A stretch of 55,128 nt of DNA from a virus. Lineage: Duplodnaviria; Heunggongvirae; Uroviricota; Caudoviricetes. Shown piece after piece: positions 39,621-50,127 of this stretch. Below the pieces are notes generated by a model that had not been told where the DNA came from, made no database searches, and saw only the letters and a list, made by a program, of their open reading frames with translations. Location of the stretch: IMG/VR virus record IMGVR_UViG_2728369181_000005; one strand, 5' to 3'. Each line of letters begins with the position of its first letter. Positions within the stretch are counted from its first letter, which is position 1. A program made the position numbers and the translations under genes.

Positions 39621-40199
39621 ATGGTCATAAAAGGTCTTGAGCAGGCCGTTGAAAACCTCAGCCGTATCAGCAGAACGGCGGTGCCCGGTGCTGCCGCAAT
39701 GGCCATTAACCGCGTTGCTTCATCCGCGATATCGCAGTCGGCGTCACAGGTTGCCCGTGAGACAAAGGTACGCCGGAAACTGGTAAAGGAAAGGGCCAGG
39801 CTGAAAAGGGCTACGGTCAAAAATCCGCAGGCCAGAATCAAGGTTAACCGGGGGGATTTGCCCGTAATAAAGCTGGGTAACGCGCGGATTGTCCTGTCCC
39901 GACGCAGGCGTCGTAAAAAGGGGCAGCGTTCAGCCCTGAAAGGTGGCGGCAGCGTGCTTGTGGTGGGTAACCGTCGTATTCCCGGCGCGTTTATTCAGCA
40001 ACTGAAAAATGGCCGGTGGCATGTCATGCAGCGTGTGGCCGGGAAAAACCGTTACCCCATTGATGTGGTGAAAATCCCGATGGCGGTGCCGCTGACCACG
40101 GCGTTTAAACAAAATATTGAGCGGATACGGCGTGAACGTCTTCCGAAAGAGCTGGGCTATGCGCTGCAGCATCAACTGAGGATGGTAATAAAGCGATGA
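39621..40199 (+). CDS. Z: Tail completion protein Z
   Basis: 192 aa matching lambda gpZ. Confidence 0.9.
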   Translation: MVIKGLEQAVENLSRISRTAVPGAAAMAINRVASSAISQSASQVARETKVRRKLVKERARLKRATVKNPQARIKVNRGDLPVIKLGNARIVLSRRRRRKKGQRSALKGGGSVLVVGNRRIPGAFIQQLKNGRWHVMQRVAGKNRYPIDVVKIPMAVPLTTAFKQNIERIRRERLPKELGYALQHQLRMVIKR

Positions 40200-40591
40200 A
40201 ACATACTGAACTCCGTGCAGCCGTACTGGATGCACTGGAGAAGCATGACACCGGGGCGACGTTTTTTGATGGTCGCCCCGCTGTTTTTGATGAGGCGGAT
40301 TTTCCGGCAGTTGCCGTTTATCTCACCGGCGCTGAATACACGGGCGAAGAGCTGGACAGCGATACCTGGCAGGCGGAGCTGCATATCGAAGTTTTCCTGC
40401 CTGCTCAGGTGCCGGATTCAGAGCTGGATGCGTGGATGGAGTCCCGGATTTATCCGGTGATGAGTGATATCCCGGCACTGTCAGATTTGATCACCAGTAT
40501 GGTGGCCAGCGGCTATGACTACCGGCGCGACGATGATGCGGGCCTGTGGAGTTCAGCCGATCTGACTTATGTCATTACCTATGAAATGTGA
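40196..40591 (+). CDS. U: Tail terminator protein U
   Basis: 131 aa matching lambda gpU; ATGA overlap with Z. Confidence 0.9.
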   Translation: MKHTELRAAVLDALEKHDTGATFFDGRPAVFDEADFPAVAVYLTGAEYTGEELDSDTWQAELHIEVFLPAQVPDSELDAWMESRIYPVMSDIPALSDLITSMVASGYDYRRDDDAGLWSSADLTYVITYEM

Positions 40592-40598
40592 GGACGCT

Positions 40599-41339
40599 AT
40601 GCCTGTACCAAATCCTACAATGCCGGTGAAAGGTGCCGGGACCACACTGTGGGTTTATAAGGGGAACGGTGACCCTTATGCGAACCCGCTTTCAGACGTT
40701 GACTGGTCGCGTCTGGCTAAAGTTAAAGACCTGACGCCCGGCGAACTGACCGCTGAGTCCTATGACGACAGCTATCTCGATGATGAAGATGCGGACTGGA
40801 CTGCGACCGGGCAGGGGCAGAAATCTGCCGGAGATACCAGCTTCACGCTGGCGTGGATGCCCGGAGAGCAGGGGCAGCAGGCGCTGCTGGCGTGGTTTAA
40901 TGAAGGGGATACCCGTGCCTATAAAATCCGCTTCCCGAACGGCACGGTCGATGTGTTCCGCGGCTGGGTCAGCAGTATCGGTAAGGCGGTGACGGCGAAG
41001 GAAGTGATCACCCGCACGGTGAAAGTCACCAACGTGGGACGTCCGTCGATGGCAGAAGATCGCAGCATGGTAACAGCGGCAACCGGCATGACCGTGACGC
41101 CTGCCAGCACTTCGGTGGTGAAAGGGCAGAGCACCACGCTGACCGTGGCATTCCAGCCGGAAGGCGCAACCGACAAGAGCTTCCGTGCGGTGTCAGCGGA
41201 TAAAACAAAAGCCACCGTGTCGGTCAGTGGTATGACCATCACCGTGAAAGGTGTTGCTGCAGGCAAGGTCAACATTCCGGTTGTATCCGGTAATGGTGAA
41301 CTTGCTGTGGTTGCAGAAATCACCGTCACCGACAGTTAA
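40599..41339 (+). CDS. V: Major tail protein V
   Basis: [22 protein letters not shown]... matches lambda gpV including the C-terminal Ig-like region. Confidence 0.95.
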   Translation: MPVPNPTMPVKGAGTTLWVYKGNGDPYANPLSDVDWSRLAKVKDLTPGELTAESYDDSYLDDEDADWTATGQGQKSAGDTSFTLAWMPGEQGQQALLAWFNEGDTRAYKIRFPNGTVDVFRGWVSSIGKAVTAKEVITRTVKVTNVGRPSMAEDRSMVTAATGMTVTPASTSVVKGQSTTLTVAFQPEGATDKSFRAVSADKTKATVSVSGMTITVKGVAAGKVNIPVVSGNGELAVVAEITVTDS

Positions 41340-41354
41340 TCCGGAGAGTCAGCG

Positions 41355-41777
41355 ATGTTCCTGAAAACCGAATCATTTGAATATAACGGTGTGAGCGTCA
41401 CGCTTTCTGAACTGTCAGCCCTGCAGCGAATTGAGCATCTCGCCCTGCTGAAACGACAGGCAGAACAGGCGGGATCCAGTCTCAATCGACAGGTGAGCGT
41501 GGAAGATCTCGTCAGAACCGGTGCTTTTCTGGTGGCGATGTCCCTGTGGCATAGCCATCCGCAGAAGACAAAGATGCCGTCCATGAATGAAGCCGTTAAA
41601 CAAATTGAGCAGGAAGTGCTTACCACCTGGCCCACAGAGGCAATTGCTCAGGCTGAAAATGTGGTAATGCGTCTGTCCGGTATGTCTGAGTTTGTTGTGA
41701 ATGATGCCCCTGACCAGGCAGAGGACGCCGGGCCCGCAGAGCCTGTTTCTGCGGGAAAGTGTTCGACGGTGAGCTGA
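41355..41777 (+). CDS. G: Tail assembly chaperone G
   Basis: 140 aa matching lambda gpG; slippery heptamer GGGAAAG at 41753-41759 near its end. Confidence 0.9.
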   Translation: MFLKTESFEYNGVSVTLSELSALQRIEHLALLKRQAEQAGSSLNRQVSVEDLVRTGAFLVAMSLWHSHPQKTKMPSMNEAVKQIEQEVLTTWPTEAIAQAENVVMRLSGMSEFVVNDAPDQAEDAGPAEPVSAGKCSTVS

Positions 41778-42193
41778 GTTTTGCCCTGAAACTGGCGCGT
41801 GAGATGGGGCGACCCGACTGGCGCGCCATGCTTGCCGGGATGTCATCCACGGAGTATGCCGACTGGCACCGCTTTTACAGTACCCATTATTTTCATGATG
41901 TTCTGCTGGATATGCACTTTTCCGGGCTGACGTACACCGTGCTCAGCCTGTTTTTCAGCGATCCGGATATGCATCCGCTGGATTTCAGTCTGCTGAACCG
42001 GCGCGAGGCTGACGAAGAGCCTGAAGATGATGTGCTGATGCAGAAAGCGGCAGGGCTTGCCGGAGGCGTTCGTTTTGTCCCGGACGGGAATGAAGTTATC
42101 CCCGCTTCCCCGGATGTGGCGGACATGACGGAGGATGACGTAATGCTGATGACAGTATCAGAAGGGATCGCAGGAGGAGTCCGGTATGGCTGA
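41759..42193 (+). CDS. T: T segment of the G-T tail assembly chaperone (via -1 frameshift)
   Basis: Overlapping -1 frame ORF matching lambda gpT; no independent start expected (established G-T frameshift mechanism). Confidence 0.85.
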   Translation: MFDGELSFALKLAREMGRPDWRAMLAGMSSTEYADWHRFYSTHYFHDVLLDMHFSGLTYTVLSLFFSDPDMHPLDFSLLNRREADEEPEDDVLMQKAAGLAGGVRFVPDGNEVIPASPDVADMTEDDVMLMTVSEGIAGGVRYG

Positions 42194-44776
42194 ACCGGTA
42201 GGCGATCTGGTCGTTGATTTGAGTCTGGATGCGGCCAGATTTGACGAGCAGATGGCCAGAGTCAGGCGTCATTTTTCCGGTACGGAAAGTGATGCGAAAA
42301 AAACAGCGGCAGTCGTTGAACAGTCGCTGAGCCGACAGGCGCTGGCTGCACAGAAAGCGGGGATTTCCGTCGGGCAGTATAAAGCCGCCATGCGTATGCT
42401 GCCTGCACAGTTCACCGACGTGGCCACGCAGCTTGCAGGCGGGCAAAGTCCGTGGCTGATCCTGCTGCAACAGGGTGGTCAGGTTAAGGACTCCTTCGGC
42501 GGGATGATCCCCATGTTCCGGGGGCTTGCCGGTGCGATCACCCTGCCGATGGTGGGGGCCACCTCGCTGGCGGTGGCGACCGGTGCGCTGGCGTATGCCT
42601 GGTATCAGGGCAACTCAACCCTGTCCGATTTCAACAAAACGCTGGTCCTTTCCGGCAATCAGGCGGGACTGACGGCAGATCGTATGCTGGTCCTGTCCAG
42701 AGCCGGGCAGGCGGCAGGGCTGACGTTTAACCAGACCAGCGAGTCACTCAGCGCACTGGTCAAGGCGGGGGTAAGCGGTGAGGCTCAGATTGCGTCCATC
42801 AGCCAGAGTGTGGCGCGTTTCTCCTCTGTATCCGGCGTGGAGGTGGACAAGGTCGCTGAAGCCTTCGGGAAGCTGACCACAGACCCGACGTCGGGGCTGA
42901 CGGCGATGGCACGCCAGTTCCATAACGTGACGGCGGAGCAGATTGCGTATGTTGCTCAGTTGCAGCGTTCCGGCGATGAAGCCGGGGCATTGCAGGCGGC
43001 GAACGAGGCCGCAACGAAGGGGTTTGATGACCAGACCCGCCGCCTGAAAGAGAACATGGGCACGCTGGAGACCTGGGCAGAGAGGACAGCGCGGGCATTC
43101 AAATCCATGTGGGATGCGGTGCTGGATATTGGTCGTCCTGATACCGCGCAGGAGATGCTGATTAAGGCAGAGGCTGCGTTTAAGAAAGCAGACGACATCT
43201 GGAATCTGCGCAAGGATGATTATTTTGTTAACGATGAAGCGCGGGCGCGTTACTGGGATGATCGTGAAAAGGCCCGTCTTGCGCTTGAAGCCGCCCGAAA
43301 GAAGGCTGAGCAGCAGACTCAACAGGACAAAAATGCGCAGCAGCAGAGCGATACCGAAGCGTCACGGCTGAAATATACCGAAGAGGCGCAGAAGGCTTAC
43401 GAACGGCTGCAGACGCCGCTGGAGAAATATACCGCCCGTCAGGAAGAACTGAACAAGGCACTGAAAGACGGGAAAATCCTGCAGGCGGATTACAACACGC
43501 TGATGGCGGCGGCGAAAAAGGATTATGAAGCGACGCTGAAAAAGCCGAAACAGTCCGGCGTGAAGGTGTCTGCGGGCGATCGTCAGGAAGACAGTGCTCA
43601 TGCTGCCCTGCTGACGCTTCAGGCAGAACTCCGGACGCTGGAGAAGCATGCCGGAGCGAATGAGAAAATCAGCCAGCAGCGCCGGGATTTGTGGAAGGCG
43701 GAGAGTCAGTTCGCGGTACTGGAGGAGGCGGCGCAACGTCGCCAGCTGTCTGCACAGGAGAAATCCCTGCTGGCGCATAAAGATGAGACGCTGGAGTACA
43801 AACGCCAGCTGGCTGCACTTGGCGACAAGGTCACCTATCAGGAGCGCCTGAACGCGCTGGCGCAGCAGGCGGATAAATTCGCACAGCAGCAACAGGCAAA
43901 ACGGGCCGCCATTGATGCGAAAAGCCGGGGGCTGACTGACCGGCAGGCAGAACGGGAAGCCACGGAACAGCGCCTGAAGGAACAGTATGGCGATAATCCG
44001 CTGGCGCTGAATAACGTCATGTCAGAGCAGAAAAAGACCTGGGCGGCTGAAGACCAGCTTCGCGGGAGCTGGATGGCAGGCCTGAAGTCCGGCTGGAGTG
44101 AGTGGGAAGAGAGCGCCACGGACAGTATGTCGCAGGTTAAAAGTGCAGCCACGCAGACCTTTGATGGTATTGCACAGAATATGGCGGCGATGCTGACCGG
44201 CAGTGAGCAGAACTGGCGCAGCTTCACCCGTTCCGTACTGTCCATGATGACAGAAATTCTGCTTAAGCAGGCAATGGTGGGGATTGTCGGGAGTATCGGC
44301 AGCGCCATTGGCGGGGCTGTTGGTGGCGGCGCATCCGCGTCAGGCGGAACAGCCATTCAGGCAACTGCGGCGNNNNNNNNNNNNNNNNNNNNNNNNNNNN
44401 NNNNNNNNNNTTTGCGACCGGGGGATTTACGGGAACCGGCGGCAAATATGAGCCAGCGGGGATTGTTCACCGTGGTGAGTTTGTCTTCACGAAGGAGGCA
44501 ACCAGCCGGATTGGCGTGGGGAATCTCTACCGGCTGATGCGCGGCTATGCCACCGGTGGTTATGTCGGTACACCGGGCAGTCTGGCTGACAGCCGGTCGC
44601 AGGCGTCCGGGACGTTTGAGCAGAATAACCATGTGGTGATTAACAACGACGGCACGAACGGGCAGATAGGTCCGGCTGCTCTGAAGGCGGTGTATGACAT
44701 GGCCCGCAAGGGTGCCCGTGATGAAATTCAGACACAGATGCGTGATGGTGGCCTGTTCTCCGGAGGTGGACGATGA
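42186..44776 (+). CDS. H: Tape measure protein H (interrupted by an assembly gap)
   Basis: Long coiled-coil protein matching lambda gpH; N-run 44373-44410 breaks the apparent frame; C-terminus continues to 44776. Confidence 0.9.
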
Positions 44777-45102
44777 AAACCTTCCGCTGGAAAGTGAAAC
44801 CCGGTATGGATGTGGCTTCGTCCCCTTCTGTAAGAAAGGTGCGCTTTGGTGATGGCTATTCCCAGCGAGCGCCTGCCGGGCTGAATGCCAACCTGAAAAC
44901 GTACAGCGTGACGCTGTCTGTCCCCCGTGAGGAGGCCACGGTACTGGAGTCGTTTCTGGAAGAGCACGGGGGCTGGAAAGCCTTTCTGTGGACGCCGCCT
45001 TATGAGTGGCGGCAGATAAAGGTGACCTGCGCAAAATGGTCGTCGCGGGTCAGTATGCTGCGTGTTGAGTTCAGCGCAGAGTTTGAACAGGTGGTGAACT
45101 GA
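44773..45102 (+). CDS. M: Tail tip protein M
   Basis: 109 aa matching lambda gpM. Confidence 0.9.
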   Translation: MKTFRWKVKPGMDVASSPSVRKVRFGDGYSQRAPAGLNANLKTYSVTLSVPREEATVLESFLEEHGGWKAFLWTPPYEWRQIKVTCAKWSSRVSMLRVEFSAEFEQVVN

Positions 45103-45800
45103 TGCAGGATATCCGGCAGGAAACACTGAATGAATGCACCCGTGCGGAGCAGTCGGCCAGCGTGGTGCTCTGGGAAATCGACCTGACAGAGGTCGGTGGA
45201 GAACGTTATTTTTTCTGTAATGAGCAGAACGAAAAAGGTGAGCCGGTCACCTGGCAGGGGCGACAGTATCAGCCGTATCCCATTCAGGGGAGTGGTTTTG
45301 AACTGAATGGCAAAGGCACCAGTACGCGCCCCACGCTGACGGTTTCTAACCTGTACGGTATGGTCACCGGGATGGCGGAAGATATGCAGAGTCTGGTCGG
45401 CGGAACGGTGGTCCGGCGTAAGGTTTACGCCCGTTTTCTGGATGCGGTGAACTTCGTCAACGGAAACAGTGACGCCGATCCGGAGCAGGAGGTGATCAGC
45501 CGCTGGCGCATCGAGCAGTGCAGCGAACTGAGCGCGGTGAGTGCCTCCTTTGTACTGTCCACGCCGACGGAAACGGATGGCGCTGTTTTTCCGGGACGTA
45601 TCATGCTGGCCAACACCTGCACCTGGACCTATCGCGGTGACGAGTGCGGTTATCACGGTCCGGCTGTCGCGGATGAATATGACCAGCCGACGTCCGATAT
45701 CACGAAAGATAAATGCAGCAAATGCCTGAGTGGCTGTAAGTTTCGCAATAACGTCGGCAACTTTGGCGGCTTCCTTTCCATTAACAAACTTTCGCAGTAA
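45102..45800 (+). CDS. L: Tail tip protein L
   Basis: 232 aa matching lambda gpL, with a Cys cluster near the C-terminus. Confidence 0.9.
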   Translation: MQDIRQETLNECTRAEQSASVVLWEIDLTEVGGERYFFCNEQNEKGEPVTWQGRQYQPYPIQGSGFELNGKGTSTRPTLTVSNLYGMVTGMAEDMQSLVGGTVVRRKVYARFLDAVNFVNGNSDADPEQEVISRWRIEQCSELSAVSASFVLSTPTETDGAVFPGRIMLANTCTWTYRGDECGYHGPAVADEYDQPTSDITKDKCSKCLSGCKFRNNVGNFGGFLSINKLSQ

Positions 45801-45804
45801 TCCC

Positions 45805-46548
45805 ATGACAGAGACAGAATCAGCGATTCTGGCGCACGCCCGGCGATGTGCGCCAGCGGAGTCGTGCGGCTTCGTGGTAAGCACGCCGGAGGGGGAAAGA
45901 TATTTTCCCTGCGTGAATATTTCCGGTGAGCCGGAGGATTATTTCCGGATGGCTCCGGAGGACTGGCTGCAGGCCAAAATGCAGGGTGAGATTGTGGCGC
46001 TGGTCCACAGTCACCCCGGTGGTCTGCCCTGGCTGAGTGAGGCCGACCGGCGGCTGCAGGTGCAGAGTGATTTGCCGTGGTGGCTGGTCTGCCGGGGGAC
46101 GATTCATAAGTTCCGCTGTGTGCCGCATCTCACCGGGCGGCGCTTTGAGCACGGGGTGACGGACTGTTACACGCTGTTCCGGGATGCTTATCATCTGGCG
46201 GGGATTGAGATGCCGGATTTTCATCGCGAGGATGACTGGTGGCGTCACGGTCAGAATCTCTATCTGGATAATCTGGAGGCCACAGGGCTGTATCAGGTGC
46301 CGTTGTCATCAGCACAACCGGGCGATGTGCTGCTGTGCTGTTTTGGTTCATCGGTGCCGAATCATGCCGCCATTTACTGTGGTGATGGCGAGCTGCTGCA
46401 CCATATTCCTGAACAACTGAGCAAACGAGAGAGGTATACCGACAAATGGCAGCGACGCACACACTCCCTCTGGCGTCACCGGGCATGGCGCGCATCTGCC
46501 TTTACGGGGATTTGCAACGATTTGGCCGCCGCATCGACCTTCGTGTGA
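45805..46548 (+). CDS. K: Tail assembly protein K (JAB/NlpC-P60 type)
   Basis: MTETESAILAHARRCAPAESCGFVV... matches lambda gpK. Confidence 0.9.
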   Translation: MTETESAILAHARRCAPAESCGFVVSTPEGERYFPCVNISGEPEDYFRMAPEDWLQAKMQGEIVALVHSHPGGLPWLSEADRRLQVQSDLPWWLVCRGTIHKFRCVPHLTGRRFEHGVTDCYTLFRDAYHLAGIEMPDFHREDDWWRHGQNLYLDNLEATGLYQVPLSSAQPGDVLLCCFGSSVPNHAAIYCGDGELLHHIPEQLSKRERYTDKWQRRTHSLWRHRAWRASAFTGICNDLAAASTFV

Positions 46549-46814
46549 AAACGGGGGCTGAAGCCATCCGCGCACTGGCCACACAGCTCCCGGTGTTTCG
46601 TCAGAAACTGAGCGACGGCTGGTATCAGGTACGGATTGCCGGGCGGGACGTCAGCACGTCCGGGTTAACGGCGCAGTTACATGAGACTCTGCCTGATGGC
46701 GCTGTGATTCATATTGTTCCCAGAGTCGCCGGGGCCAAGTCAGGTGGCGTATTCCAGATTGTCCTGGGGGCTGCCGCCATTGCCGGATCATTCTTTACCG
46801 CCGGAGGGATTTGA
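46446..46814 (+). pseudogene. I: Tail assembly protein I, truncated after ~121 residues
   Basis: Matches lambda gpI up to ...AIAGSFFTAG, then reads GI-stop where J-homologous sequence begins in another frame. Confidence 0.6.
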
Positions 46815-49800
46815 ATCCTCCGGCTCCGAGACGGTGCTGGGTACGGAAGTGAAATATGACACGCCGATCACCCGGACCATCACGTCGGCAAACATCGACC
46901 GTCTGCGCTTTACCTTCGGTGTACAGGCACTGGNNNNNNNNNNNNNNNNNNNNNNNNNNNNNNNNNNNNNNNNNNNNNNNNNNNNNNNNNNNNNNNNAGA
47001 CAGGAATCCGTCGGAAGTTCGCCTGCTGGTTCAGATACAGCGTAACGGTGGCTGGGTGACGGAAAAAGACATCACCATTAAGGGCAAAACCACCTCGCAG
47101 TATCTGGCCTCGGTGGTGGTGGATAACCTGCCGCCGCGCCCGTTTAATATCCGGATGCGCAGGATGACGCCGGACAGCACCACAGACCAGCTGCTGAACA
47201 AAACGCTCTGGTCGTCATACACCGAAATCATCGATGTGAAACAGTGCTACCCGAACACGGCACTGGTTGGCGTGCAGGTGGACTCGGAGCAGTTCGGCAG
47301 CCAGCAGGTGAGCCGTAATTATCATCTTCGCGGGCGCATTCTGCAGGTGCCGTCGAACTATAACCCGCAGACGCGGCAATACAGCGGTATCTGGGACGGA
47401 ACGTTAAAACCGGCATACAGCAACAACATGGCCTGGTGTCTGTGGGATATGCTGACCCATCCGCGCTACGGCATGGGGAAACGTCTTGGTGCGGCGGATG
47501 TGGATAAATGGGCGCTGTATGTCATCGGCCAGTACTGCGACCAGTCGGTGCCGGACGGCTTTGGCGGCACGGAGCCGCGCATTACCTGTAATGCGTACCT
47601 GACCACACAGCGCAAGGCGTGGGATGTGCTCAGTGATTTCTGCTCGGCGATGCGCTGTATGCCGGTATGGAACGGGCAGACGCTGACGTTCGTGCAGGAC
47701 CGACCATCAGATAAGGTGTGGACCTATAACCGCAGTAATGTGGTGATGCCGGATGATGGCGCGCCGTTCCGCTACAGCTTCAGCGCCCTGAAGGACCGCC
47801 ATAATGCCGTTGAGGTGAACTGGATTGACCCGGATAACGGCTGGGAGACGGCGACAGAGCTCGTGGAGGATACGCAGGCCATTGCCCGTTACGGCCGTAA
47901 CGTCACGAAGATGGATGCCTTTGGCTGTACCAGCCGGGGGCAGGCACACCGCGCCGGGCTGTGGCTGATTAAAACGGAGCTGCTGGAAACGCAGACCGTG
48001 GACTTCAGCGTGGGTGCTGAAGGGCTTCGCCATGTACCGGGGGATGTCATTGAAATCTGCGATGATGACTATGCCGGTATCAGCACCGGTGGTCGTGTGC
48101 TGGCGGTGAACAGCCAGACCCGGACGCTGACGCTCGACCGTGAAATCACGCTGCCATCCTCCGGTACCACGCTGATAAGCCTGGTTGACGGAAGTGGCAA
48201 TCCGGTCAGCGTGGAGGTTCAGTCCGTCACCGACGGCGTGAAGGTGAAAGTGAGCCGTGTTCCTGACGGTGTTGCTGAATACAGCGTATGGGGGCTGAAG
48301 CTGCCGACGCTGCGCCAGCGACTGTTCCGCTGCGTGAGTATCCGTGAAAACGACGACGGCACGTATGCCATCACCGCCGTGCAGCATGTGCCGGAAAAAG
48401 AGACCATCGTGGATAACGGGGCGCACTTTGACGGCGAACAGAGTGGCACGGTGAATGGTGTCACGCCGCCCGCGGTGCAGCACCTGACCGCAGAAGTCAC
48501 CGCAGACAGCGGGGAATATCAGGTGCTGGCGCGATGGGACACACCGAAGGTGGTGAAGGGGGTGAGCTTTATGCTTCGCCTGACCGTGGCAGCGGATGAC
48601 GGCAGTGAGCGGCTGGTCAGCACGGCCAGGACGACGGAAACCACATACCGCTTCAGGCAACTGGCGCTGGGGAACTACAGGCTGACAGTCCGGGCGGTAA
48701 ATGCGTGGGGGCAGCAGGGGGATCCGGCGTCGGTATCGTTCCGGATTGCCGCACCGGCAGCGCCATCGCGGATTGAGCTGACGCCGGGCTATTTTCAGAT
48801 AACCGCCACGCCGCATCTTGCCGTTTATGATCCGACGGTACAGTTTGAGTTCTGGTTCTCGGAAAAGCGGATTGCGGATATCAGGCAGGTTGAAGCCAGC
48901 GCGCGTTATCTTGGTACGGCGCTGTACTGGATAGCCGCCAGTATCAATATCAAACCGGGCCATGATTATTATTTTTACATTCGCAGTGTGAACACCGTTG
49001 GCAAATCGGCATTTGTGGAGGCTGTTGGCCAGCCGAGTGATGATGCATCCGGCTATCTGGATTTTTTCAAAGGAGAGATAGGGAAAACCCATCTGGCTCA
49101 GGAGTTGTGGACGCAGATTGATAACGGTCAGCTTGCGCCTGACCTGGCTGAAATCAGGACGTCCATTACGGATGTCAGCAATGAAATCACGCAGACCGTC
49201 AATAAGAAACTGGAAGACCAGAGTGCAGCGATCCAGCAGATACAGAAGGTTCAGGTTGATACAAATAATAACCTGAACAGCATGTGGGCTGTGAAGCTGC
49301 AGCAGATGCAGGACGGACGCCTTTATATCGCGGGTATTGGTGCCGGTATTGAGAATACCCCTGACGGTATGCAGAGTCAGGTGCTGCTGGCGGCGGACAG
49401 GATTGCGATGATTAATCCTGCGAATGGCAATACAAAGCCGATGTTTGTTGGGCAGGGCGATCAGATATTCATGAACGAAGTGTTCCTGAAATATCTGACG
49501 GCTCCCACCATTACCAGCGGTGGCAATCCCCCAACGTTTTCACTGACACCTGATGGTCGACTTTCTGCGAGAAATGCGGATATCAGCGGTAACGTGAATG
49601 CGAACTCCGGGACGCTCAATAATGTCACGATTAACCAGAACTGTCGGATTCTGGGAAAACTGTCAGCTAACCAGATTGAAGGTGATATTGTCAAAACGGT
49701 GGGAAAAGCCTTTCCGAGAAATGGCAGTTATGCCAGCGGTACAATAACGGTCACTGTGTACGATGACCAGGCTTTTGACCGTCAGATAGTCGTCCCCCCC

Positions 49801-50069
49801 GTTCTGTTTCGCGGTGGTAAGCATGAAAACTTCAACAGCAACAACCAACAGTCATACTGGTATTCAACCTGTAAGCTGCANNNNNNNNNNNNNNNNNNNN
49901 NNNNNNNNNNNNNNNNNNNNNNNNNNNNNNNNNNNNNNNNNNNNNNNNNNNNNNNNNNNNNNNNNNNNNNNNNNNNNNNNNNNNAAATAACTGGACGCCA
50001 ACGACCAGTATCAGCGACCTTCTTGTTGTCGTGATGAAGAAATCAACAGCCGGCATCAGTATCAGTTGA
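46801..50069 (+). pseudogene. J: Central tail fibre / host-specificity protein J, 5'-truncated, with two assembly gaps
   Basis: Homology to lambda gpJ begins at PEGFESSGSETVLGTEVKYD (about 85 residues into J as recalled) with no start codon nearby; N-runs at 46924-46997 and 49881-49984; C-terminal receptor-binding region diverges from lambda. Confidence 0.7.
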
Positions 50070-50127
50070 ATTTTAAAACCCAAATTCGGGCACCAGAAAT
50101 GGTGCCTTTTTTATTTGTGGAGTGAAT

